Made by a program: the position numbers and the translations under genes
DNA from: Firmicutes bacterium TM09-10
GTDB lineage: Bacteria; Bacillota; Clostridia; Lachnospirales; Lachnospiraceae
Length of the DNA: 44,055 bases
NCBI GenBank assembly: GCA_963639645.1
Contig: CAVHWG010000018.1
Span: forward strand, 1 to 44,055
Direction: 5' to 3'
Shown here: in pieces, positions 1-7,520 of the stretch
Position numbering within the stretch: position 1 is the stretch's first letter
Layout of the letters: each line of letters opens with the position of its first letter
The notes under the pieces: model-generated
The model's input: the letters and a program-made list of their open reading frames with translations, nothing else
Told to the model about the DNA's origin: nothing
Database searches by the model: none

Positions 1-55
1 GATCGTTATGGAGTACAATGCAGACTGCACAGGTGAGAAGTATCGTGAGATCGCT
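1..55 (+). pseudogene. Short internal fragment of an Fe-containing alcohol dehydrogenase (lactaldehyde reductase FucO-like)
   Basis: Frame starting at nt 2 reads IVMEYNADCTGEKYREIA, matching the FucO segment VMRYNADFTGEKYRDIA as recalled. Similarity stops at the GATC at 49-52. Confidence 0.7.
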
Positions 56-443
56 TCGTGCGCTCCTCAATCTGTTGCGTGTAGAAAGCGAGGATCAGCT
101 CGAAATCGTGATCGCGCAGACAGTTCTGCTCGTCATTTTTGAAAGCGGCCCTGAAGAAAAGTTTTTCCTCCTGAATATAGTGAAACTTGTTGACCAGGCT
201 TTCGTAGACGGTATTACCTTCGCCCATGTGCTTGAACGATTCCAGAAGAATTTTGTCAAAGTACCAGTTGATGAGATCGTATTTATCCTGAAAATTGCGA
301 TAGAAAGTCTGGCGCGTAACGCCGCAGGCTTCCACGATTTCCTTGACCGTGATTTTCTCGACCGGAGCGGTTTTCATGCATTCTTTCATGGCATCCGCGA
401 GCTTGTATTTTATTTTCTCATTTAATTTCCGGTCTGGTTCCAT
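6..443 (-). pseudogene. TetR/AcrR family regulator (DhaS-like), C-terminus replaced at a chimeric junction
   Basis: HTH segment KITVKEIVEACGVTRQTFYRNFQDKYDL; ATG at 443 preceded by AAGGGGGA. Only about 145 aa, and the last 13 aa are the antisense reading of the fucO-like fragment. Confidence 0.75.
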
Positions 444-572
444 AGCACGATCCCCCTTGTTCCATCTGATCAAGAATATATAGCGCTGATTTCTGTGCAA
501 AAGGCATCAAAATCATTTGTTTTCGTAATTATATAGTAACGCATTTTTGTATCGCGAACAAGATAAATAAAG

Positions 573-599
573 TTTGTGCCAATGACATAATTGGACAAA
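573..599. promoter_or_regulatory. Imperfect inverted repeat in the TetR/GH18 divergent intergenic region, candidate TetR operator
   Basis: TTTGT(G)CCAAT-GACATA-ATTGGACAAA. An extended -10 (TGCTATCAT) lies at 638-646. Confidence 0.35.
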
Positions 600-686
600 A
601 AAGCACATAAATTGCAATATTTGCATATAAAAAAAGATGCTATCATAAAAAAAGATCAAACCGTTGTATTGAGGGGGAAAGGTAAG

Positions 687-1994
687 TTGAACAAGGACAA
701 AAAAGAAATCAGTGTTTACTTTGCAAATTGGAATCTTGACCGTTTACCGGCAGAACAATCAGGGGAAGTTGCCGGCATTCCGTGGGACTGCGTGACGAAC
801 ATCAAGCATGCGTTCTGGCAGGTGGCTCCGGCGGACGGAACAACAGAGACGTCTTTTGAGAGAAGAGACCGCGGGGAGGCGCCGCGCACCGGGTTTACGA
901 TCAAGTCCATGTGGCAGAAAAACGATTTGGAGGATCAGGCGCCGAGTGCGATCGATCCGTCGATGCCACGCAATCATTTTGCACAGTATGAAGTGTTTGC
1001 GAAGCGCTATCCGGATGTGGAGATCATGCTTTCCATTGGAGGATGGGCACGATGCGGCTATTTTTCCGAGATGGCATATACGAAGGAAGGACGCGCATCT
1101 TTCGTGCAGAGCTGCATTGATTTTATGAAAGAACATACATGGACGAGAGGAATTGATGTGGACTGGGAGTATCCGGGATGCAGCACTGCGGGCGAGCGGC
1201 TTCCGGATCCGGCGGATCCGGACCACGATGAGGGGTGTCCGATCTGGGGAACGGTCGAGGAAGATGCAACGAATTTTACAGCATTGATGGCGGATCTGCG
1301 AGCAGCGATGGATACAGAGTTCGGTGTCGGTGTTAAGAAACTGACCGCATGCTGTGCCGGATCAACGACAACGATCCTTCCGCTGCAGAACTGGACGGAT
1401 GCAGTCAGACATATGAATCGCATCAATATTATGAGTTACGATATGAGCGGCGTGTGGGACGGTGTGACCGGACATCACACAAGCCTTGCAGATACAAAGA
1501 AAGTAGTTGATTATTTTGCAAAGCTTGGGATTCCGGCGGAGAAGCTTTGCATCGGAACGCCTTTTTATGCGATCGCATTCCCGATGAAGGAAATGGATCC
1601 GGAGCAGACGATCGGTGTACCTTGCGAGACGCGCCGCGCATCGAGTGTACCGGTGACGGAGCGTGACCTGAAATCGTTTGAGGAGCAGGCAAGAAGCGGC
1701 TACACTTTAAAGAAAAATGGTGTGCGCTGGGAGATGGATGCGGCTTTTGATGAAGGTGGCAGGGGATGGCATTTTGCCCATGACGACGAGGCTGGTGCAG
1801 TGTATGCGTATAATGATGACGAGGCATCCGGGCAGTACAAGTGGTGGCTGTCTTATGAGGATCATCTGACACTGCAGAAGAAGCTGGATTACATCAATGA
1901 GGCGAACATCGGCGGTATCATTATCTGGGAAGTGGATCAGGATACCGAAGATTATGCGTTTATGAACCAGATGGCGGACAATCTGATCCGTTAA
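687..1994 (+). CDS. Glycoside hydrolase family 18 (chitinase-like), no signal peptide
   Basis: LSIGGW, GIDVDWEYPG (catalytic DxDxE), IMSYD and GGIIIWE motifs. Likely TTG start at 687 after GAGGGGGAAAGGT; the ORF is open from 591. Confidence 0.9.
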   Translation: MNKDKKEISVYFANWNLDRLPAEQSGEVAGIPWDCVTNIKHAFWQVAPADGTTETSFERRDRGEAPRTGFTIKSMWQKNDLEDQAPSAIDPSMPRNHFAQYEVFAKRYPDVEIMLSIGGWARCGYFSEMAYTKEGRASFVQSCIDFMKEHTWTRGIDVDWEYPGCSTAGERLPDPADPDHDEGCPIWGTVEEDATNFTALMADLRAAMDTEFGVGVKKLTACCAGSTTTILPLQNWTDAVRHMNRINIMSYDMSGVWDGVTGHHTSLADTKKVVDYFAKLGIPAEKLCIGTPFYAIAFPMKEMDPEQTIGVPCETRRASSVPVTERDLKSFEEQARSGYTLKKNGVRWEMDAAFDEGGRGWHFAHDDEAGAVYAYNDDEASGQYKWWLSYEDHLTLQKKLDYINEANIGGIIIWEVDQDTEDYAFMNQMADNLIR

Positions 1995-2020
1995 TTGAAA
2001 TCGAAAGAGACAGAGGACAG

Positions 2021-2076
2021 GAACAGGCTGGTATGTCCGGGAAAGAATCCCGGGCATTACCGGTCTGTTCTTTGTT
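2021..2076 (+). terminator. Long stem-loop / intrinsic terminator after GH18
   Basis: GAACAGGCTGGTATGTCCGGGA-AAGAA-TCCCGGGCATTACCGGTCTGTTC followed by TTTGTT. Confidence 0.7.
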
Positions 2077-2091
2077 ATACAGGCTCAAACA

Positions 2092-2120
2092 TTGCACAAA
2101 AAGCGTCGATATAGTATAAT
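2092..2120 (+). promoter_or_regulatory. SigA-type promoter of the cps-like operon
   Basis: TTGCAC (2092-2097), 17 bp spacer, TATAAT (2115-2120). Confidence 0.75.
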
Positions 2121-2155
2121 AAAATCTAACTATACAATTGGGTGAGGTGTATCTG

Positions 2156-2866
2156 ATGATCGATATCCATTGCCATCTTCTCTATGGAGTCGACGATGGC
2201 CCGAAGACAATTGAAGAATCGGTTGCGATGCTGGAAGAAGCGCGTGCACAGGGCATTGAAGCGATCATTCTCACCCCGCATTACCGACACGGGATGTTCG
2301 TTTATCCGAGAGAGACGATCGAGGAGCATTTTGAGCTTTTGCAGCAGTATGCACAGAAACTTGGAATCGGCCTTGCGCTCGGGACGGAGTATCATGTGAA
2401 CGGGCAGATCGTGGAGGCGATGGAGAGTGGACGATGCCGGACACTGGCGGGATCCCACTATGTGTTAAGTGAGTATTCGCATACGACGGAGTATGGATAT
2501 ATCTATCAGATGACGCAGGAGATGGTGCTGCATGGATATATTCCGGTGATCGCGCACGCGGAGCGTTATGAATGCATGACGGAGGATCTGGAACATGCGG
2601 CGCAGCTTCGCAAGCTTGGGGCATGGATACAGCTGAATGCGGATGCCGTACTCGGACTCGAGGGGCGTGCATCGAAGAAATATTGCAAGAAGATGCTGCG
2701 GGAGGGCTATGTGGATGTGATTGCATCGGACAGCCACGGGATTCAGAACCGCGCCTGTCATATGGAGGACTGCAGAAAGATGCTTGCAAAGAAATACGAT
2801 GAAGATTATGTGAGATCGCTTTTTTCAAAAAATCCGGAGAAGATTCTTGCGGATGATGTAGAGTGA
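2156..2866 (+). CDS. cpsB: CpsB/CapC family PHP-type protein-tyrosine phosphatase
   Basis: MIDIHCHLLYGVDDG, TPHY, AHAERY and ASDSH motifs; RBS GAGGTG before ATG 2156. Confidence 0.92.
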   Translation: MIDIHCHLLYGVDDGPKTIEESVAMLEEARAQGIEAIILTPHYRHGMFVYPRETIEEHFELLQQYAQKLGIGLALGTEYHVNGQIVEAMESGRCRTLAGSHYVLSEYSHTTEYGYIYQMTQEMVLHGYIPVIAHAERYECMTEDLEHAAQLRKLGAWIQLNADAVLGLEGRASKKYCKKMLREGYVDVIASDSHGIQNRACHMEDCRKMLAKKYDEDYVRSLFSKNPEKILADDVE

Positions 2867-2891
2867 TCAAAGCGATAGTTTAGGAGACACA

Positions 2892-3662
2892 ATGGATAAC
2901 ATACAACCGATGGACAATGATGAAATAGAGATCGACCTCAAAGACCTGTTTTTGGAACTGCTTTCGTTCTGGAAACTGATTCTGCTTGCTTTGGTGCTCG
3001 GAGCGGTGATCGCGTATGCGGCAAGCCGATTTCTTATGGTGCCGCAGTATGAATCGGTGTCGGAGCTGTACGTGTTGTCGAAGAGTACTTCGATCACGAG
3101 CCTGGCCGATATTCAGGCAGGTACGAGCCTGACCAACGATTACATGGTTGTTGTCAAGGGTCGTCCGGTATTGGAGCAGGTGATTTCCAATCTGAGTCTG
3201 AATGAGACATACGAGTCACTGGAAAGCAAGATTACACTTGAGAATCCGTCCAATTCCCGAATCCTTAAGATTACGGTGCGGGACAAGAATCCGACGATGG
3301 CCAAGACGATCGCGGACGAGATCGCGAATGTCGGAGCGGCGTTTATCGCGGAAAAGATGGATCAGGATCCGCCGAACGTGATCCAGTGGGGTTACACGGA
3401 CGGTGCGGCAGTCAGCCCGAGTGTGTTTAAGAATACTGCGATCGGCGGAATGCTTGGCCTTCTGCTTGCGTCGGGAATTATCGTAATCTCATACCTGTTC
3501 AATGACACGATCATGAACGCGGAGGATGTGGAGAAGAAGCTTGGTCTGAATGTACTCGGAACGCTTCCGCTTGAGGAGACGGAGTACGACGGAGAGAACA
3601 AGAAAGAGCGCAAGAAGGCGCGTAAGAGAAAGAAGAAGGCAAAACGCAATGAAATCAGTTAG
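2892..3662 (+). CDS. cpsC: CpsC/CapA (Wzz-like) polysaccharide co-polymerase / BY-kinase modulator
   Basis: EIDLKDLF, two TM helices, PQYES, and the kinase-activating segment DVEKKLGLNVLGTLP. Confidence 0.9.
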   Translation: MDNIQPMDNDEIEIDLKDLFLELLSFWKLILLALVLGAVIAYAASRFLMVPQYESVSELYVLSKSTSITSLADIQAGTSLTNDYMVVVKGRPVLEQVISNLSLNETYESLESKITLENPSNSRILKITVRDKNPTMAKTIADEIANVGAAFIAEKMDQDPPNVIQWGYTDGAAVSPSVFKNTAIGGMLGLLLASGIIVISYLFNDTIMNAEDVEKKLGLNVLGTLPLEETEYDGENKKERKKARKRKKKAKRNEIS

Positions 3663-4374
3663 ATTCGGTAAATTACGAGAACAGAAATATACAATGAAAG
3701 AGTCTCTGCGTGCGCTTAAGACGAACATTCAGTTCTGCGGAGACGATATTCGCACGATCGTAGTCACATCGGCGCTGCCGAATGAGGGCAAGAGTACGGT
3801 GACACTCGATCTGGCACGGTCGTTGACGGAATCCGGCAAGCGTGTGCTTTTGATCGATACCGATATGCGTAAATCCGTGTATGTCGGACGTCTTCGTGCA
3901 ACGTCCACGGACGGAAGCGAGATCTATGGATTGTCGCATTTCCTGTCGGGACAGAAGAAGCTGGAGGACGTGCTTTACGGAACGGAGATTCCGGGAATGT
4001 TTATGATCTTCGCGGGACCGTCGGTGCCGAACCCGACCGAGATCCTTGAGAAGAAGTATTTTGAGGAACTGCTCCGGTTCGGAAGGGAACATTTTAATTA
4101 TGTACTGCTGGATTGTGCACCGATCGGTGCTGCCATCGATGCGGCGGTGATCGCAAAGCATTGTGATGGCGCAATCCTTGTCGTTGCGCAGGGGATGGCG
4201 AGAGGTCGTCTGATCATGAATGTCAAGAAGCAGCTGGAGGCTTCCGGAGTGCGTGTGCTCGGCGCAGTCTTAAATAAAGTCAAGATGAAGAAGAACAGCT
4301 ATTATGGCGGCTATTACGGCAGCTATTATGGCAGCTACTATGGAAACAAGGAAGAAGCGAAAGCCGAAGAATGA
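3649..4374 (+). CDS. cpsD: CpsD/CapB BY tyrosine kinase
   Basis: Walker A PNEGKST, LLIDTDMR, LLDCAP and C-terminal Tyr cluster. Start overlaps the end of cpsC. Confidence 0.93.
   Translation: MKSVRFGKLREQKYTMKESLRALKTNIQFCGDDIRTIVVTSALPNEGKSTVTLDLARSLTESGKRVLLIDTDMRKSVYVGRLRATSTDGSEIYGLSHFLSGQKKLEDVLYGTEIPGMFMIFAGPSVPNPTEILEKKYFEELLRFGREHFNYVLLDCAPIGAAIDAAVIAKHCDGAILVVAQGMARGRLIMNVKKQLEASGVRVLGAVLNKVKMKKNSYYGGYYGSYYGSYYGNKEEAKAEE
4297..4344 (+). repeat. 4 x 12-bp tandem repeat encoding the (S/G)YYG Tyr cluster
   Basis: AGCTATTATGGC GGCTATTACGGC AGCTATTATGGC AGCTACTATGGA. Confidence 0.85.
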
Positions 4375-5456
4375 GTAAAAAGAAGAGTGAACCGTCACAA
4401 AAACTGCATAATGCGTTATATTTTATGTCCGGTGCGATGGCGGTCATTCTTGTGTTGATCATTGTGGCCGGTGTGAGGACCAAGGCGCAGAATGCCGGAA
4501 GGCAGGATGTTGCGGATGATGTGCCACAGGTGGAGGCGCCGGATGCACCGGCAGCCGATGCGAATGCCGGAGATCAGGAGAAGTGGCAGGAAGGTACGAT
4601 CACCTATGAGGGAGCGCAGTACCAGTACAATCATAACATCCGCACATTACTGATGATGGGAATCGATACCGACGAGAAAGTCGCAAAGGCAAAAGATTAC
4701 AACAGTGGCGGACAGTCGGATGCAATGTTTCTTCTGGTGGTGGATTCGGCAAACCAGACATTAAAAGTCGTGTCGATCAACCGAAATACGATGACGGACA
4801 TCGCTTTGTGTGATGAGAAGGGCAATGATCTGGGAAGTGTCGAATCGCAGATCTGTCTGCAGCATGCGTTCGGAGACGGAAAGAGGCTCAGCTGCACGCG
4901 AAGCGTGGATGCAGTCTCAAAACTTTTCGGCAATATTCCGATCAGCGGTTATCTTGCAATGAACATGGGTGCAATTCCGCAGATGAACGACGCCATCGGC
5001 GGCGTGGATGTCACGGTTTTGCAGAATATTACCAACAAAGACCGCGGTGTCAAGCTGAAAAAAGGCAAAGAGGTGACGCTAAACGGAGATGAGGCATACT
5101 GCTATCTCCGCGAGAGAGATCTGGATGAATACGACAGCGCGACGGATCGTATGCGCCGTCAGGAACAATATATCGTTGCTTATTTTGATAAGCTGCACAC
5201 GATCGCAGCGGGGGATTCGCCCCGTGTTGTGGATGTGTATGATTCCATTGCGGACTATCTGGTCACGAGTGTGGATTTCACAAGCCTGATCACGGAACTG
5301 ATGAATTATGATTTTTCCGAGGACCAGATGTACACGGTTCCGGGAGAGACAGTGATCGGGGAGGAACAATACGAGGAATATCATGTGGATGAGGATGCGA
5401 TGCAAAAGCTTCTGATCCGGATATTCTACACGCCGGTGGAAGCGGCGGATGAATAA
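4371..5456 (+). CDS. LCP (LytR-CpsA-Psr) family glycopolymer transferase
   Basis: N-terminal TM, LLMGID, QSDAMFL, SINRNT, DAIGGVDV, LNGDEA, YLRER and DRMRRQ motifs. ATGA overlap with cpsD. Confidence 0.9.
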   Translation: MSKKKSEPSQKLHNALYFMSGAMAVILVLIIVAGVRTKAQNAGRQDVADDVPQVEAPDAPAADANAGDQEKWQEGTITYEGAQYQYNHNIRTLLMMGIDTDEKVAKAKDYNSGGQSDAMFLLVVDSANQTLKVVSINRNTMTDIALCDEKGNDLGSVESQICLQHAFGDGKRLSCTRSVDAVSKLFGNIPISGYLAMNMGAIPQMNDAIGGVDVTVLQNITNKDRGVKLKKGKEVTLNGDEAYCYLRERDLDEYDSATDRMRRQEQYIVAYFDKLHTIAAGDSPRVVDVYDSIADYLVTSVDFTSLITELMNYDFSEDQMYTVPGETVIGEEQYEEYHVDEDAMQKLLIRIFYTPVEAADE

Positions 5457-5528
5457 GGTATCCAGTGCGCGCGCACTTGATATGACAGATACTACATGCA
5501 AATGAGAAAAAGAAAGGAGGCGATACCG

Positions 5529-6479
5529 ATGAAGAAAATGCTTATGGGAGTACTTGCAATGCTGCTTGTCCTCATGATGGGAACAACTGTATTTGCGGCA
5601 CCATCACCGGCGCCGGATAGCGCTTTGGATCAGAAGGCACAGGAATGGGACAGCAAGTTACAGCAGGCTACCGTGACCGGAGCCAACAATCAGATTTACA
5701 ATGTGACCAAGAAGAAAGTGGACGCAAGTAAAGTAAACAGTGTGAACGAGGTGATCAAAACGGTCAGTTCACAGGCTGAGGTGATCGGCATGTCTGATCT
5801 GGAAGTCGACAAGAGCGTCGATATGAGCAAAGGCATTAAAGTTACTCTGAGTATTGATCCGAAATCCATCATAAGCGGTTATTCCGTTTATGTCGTACAC
5901 CAGTATGGTGAAGGAAAGTGGGAGATCCTTAAGCCGAGCAGTGTGACAAGTGACGGAAAAGTTACCGTAACATTGTATTCGTTTTCTCCGGTTGCTGTCG
6001 TACAGTATCCGAATAATGTAAGCGTACCGACCAGCGATCCTTCTAAGAATCAGTCGGACAGCAACAACAATTCGAACAGCAATACGAACAGTTCCGAGAA
6101 CAATAAGGGAAACAATACAAACAGTAACAATACTTCCGGACCGTCACAGAGCAATAGCAACAGCAGTAACAGCAGCAACAGTAACAATCAGAACAACAAC
6201 CAGAGTAATAACCAGAACAATCCGGTCAGTGTAAACCAGAATGTAACGGTGAACTACCCGGATCGTGATTCTGACAGTTACAACCAGGGATACAAAGATG
6301 GACGTAATTCCGTTGTGGGAACGTCCGCATCGAACGGAGGAGCGGCCTCTGGCGGAACAACTTCTGCAGGAGTTCTTTCACCAAAGACCGGTGCGTCTTT
6401 ACCGGCACTGCCAATCGTAGCAGTGTTTGCTTTGGCAGGCATCGCAGTCTGCGGCAAAAAGGCACACGCAAACAGATAA
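5529..6479 (+). CDS. Sortase-anchored surface protein with Asn/Ser-rich linker and SPKTG sorting signal
   Basis: RBS AAGGAGG, Sec signal ending VFA-A, and C-terminal SPKTG + hydrophobic helix + KKAHANR. Confidence 0.88.
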   Translation: MKKMLMGVLAMLLVLMMGTTVFAAPSPAPDSALDQKAQEWDSKLQQATVTGANNQIYNVTKKKVDASKVNSVNEVIKTVSSQAEVIGMSDLEVDKSVDMSKGIKVTLSIDPKSIISGYSVYVVHQYGEGKWEILKPSSVTSDGKVTVTLYSFSPVAVVQYPNNVSVPTSDPSKNQSDSNNNSNSNTNSSENNKGNNTNSNNTSGPSQSNSNSSNSSNSNNQNNNQSNNQNNPVSVNQNVTVNYPDRDSDSYNQGYKDGRNSVVGTSASNGGAASGGTTSAGVLSPKTGASLPALPIVAVFALAGIAVCGKKAHANR

Positions 6480-6545
6480 CACTGGATACATTTTTGATGC
6501 ATGTATAAGGTCTATGCGGGATCTACGGTAAGGCCCGCAACTTGA

Positions 6546-6577
6546 CAAAGGCGGTGGAAAGGAATCTGCCGCCTTTG
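6546..6577 (+). terminator. Intergenic stem-loop (partial terminator or mRNA stabiliser) between the surface protein and sortase genes
   Basis: CAAAGGCGGTGGA ... TCTGCCGCCTTTG, with only a short U tail. Confidence 0.6.
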
Positions 6578-6603
6578 AATAGTGTTAGGAAAAGGTGTGG
6601 ATC

Positions 6604-7506
6604 ATGAACGAGAAACAGAATCCGACAAAGAAAACGAAAGAGAAAAAAGAATTTAATATTTACAAGCTTTTTACGGTCATACTGCTGATCGTACTTCTGG
6701 TTGTAGCGGGAGTGCTCCTGCACAACCGGTATGTGGAGAATACGGCACAGAAGCAGTATGAGGATCTGGCAGCGCAGGTAAACCGGCTGCAGGATTCCAT
6801 GAACGATAACGCGATCAATGTGCCTTCCGGCACGGAGGATCCGGTGCAGCCTGATGATACGCAGGAGGATACGCAGAGTGCGGACGATTCGCTTTTGAGT
6901 CAGTTGGGGATCAGTGTACCACAGAAGGAGTTTGACTGGAATGAACTACATGCAGTCAATCCGGATATCTATGCGTGGATCACGATTCCGGGAACGAATA
7001 TCGATTATCCGATCTTGCAGAATGCGACGGATGATGAATATTATCTGCGTTATAATATGAACGGAACCAAGGGGTATCCGGGATGCATTTATACAGAGAA
7101 AATAAACAGTAAAGATTTTACCGATTTTGATACGGTCGTGTATGGACACAATATGCGAAACGATACGATGTTTGCGACGCTTCATTATTTTGAAGATTCC
7201 GCTTTTTTCGCAAACTGTCCGTATGTCTATGTCTATCTGGAGGACAAGGTGCTTGTGTACGAGATTATGGCAGCATATACGAGTGATAATCTGCACATCC
7301 TGTATTCCAATGATTTCACGACAGCGGAAGGTCGGCAGAATTATCTGGATAATATATACAAGCAGGCCGAAAACAGCACGAATGTGCGCAGCGAGGTACA
7401 GGCGACACAGGAGAGTCATATTTTGACGCTTTCGACCTGTATCCAGGGCAAGTCGCAGAATCGTTTCCTGGTGCAGGCGGTTCTGCTGAATGAGGATGAA
7501 CTTTAA
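6604..7506 (+). CDS. srtB: Class B sortase
   Basis: N-terminal anchor, NPDIYAWITIPGTNIDYPILQ, YGHNM, catalytic TLSTC and downstream R. Confidence 0.93.
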   Translation: MNEKQNPTKKTKEKKEFNIYKLFTVILLIVLLVVAGVLLHNRYVENTAQKQYEDLAAQVNRLQDSMNDNAINVPSGTEDPVQPDDTQEDTQSADDSLLSQLGISVPQKEFDWNELHAVNPDIYAWITIPGTNIDYPILQNATDDEYYLRYNMNGTKGYPGCIYTEKINSKDFTDFDTVVYGHNMRNDTMFATLHYFEDSAFFANCPYVYVYLEDKVLVYEIMAAYTSDNLHILYSNDFTTAEGRQNYLDNIYKQAENSTNVRSEVQATQESHILTLSTCIQGKSQNRFLVQAVLLNEDEL

Positions 7507-7520
7507 TTTGAAGGTGAACT

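Noticed and set aside
3550..3648. Arg-rich N-terminal extension of CpsD, or a cpsC-cpsD frameshifted fusion
   Set aside because: It is an alternate frame of the basic cpsC tail. Split CpsC/CpsD is normal in Firmicutes, and ATG 3649 gives the expected length.
6042..6221. CRISPR-like or VNTR array
   Set aside because: Low-complexity AAC/AGC codons without fixed repeat-spacer periodicity.
6486..6580. c-di-GMP riboswitch upstream of srtB
   Set aside because: Hairpins are present, but I could not find the conserved class I or II nucleotides.
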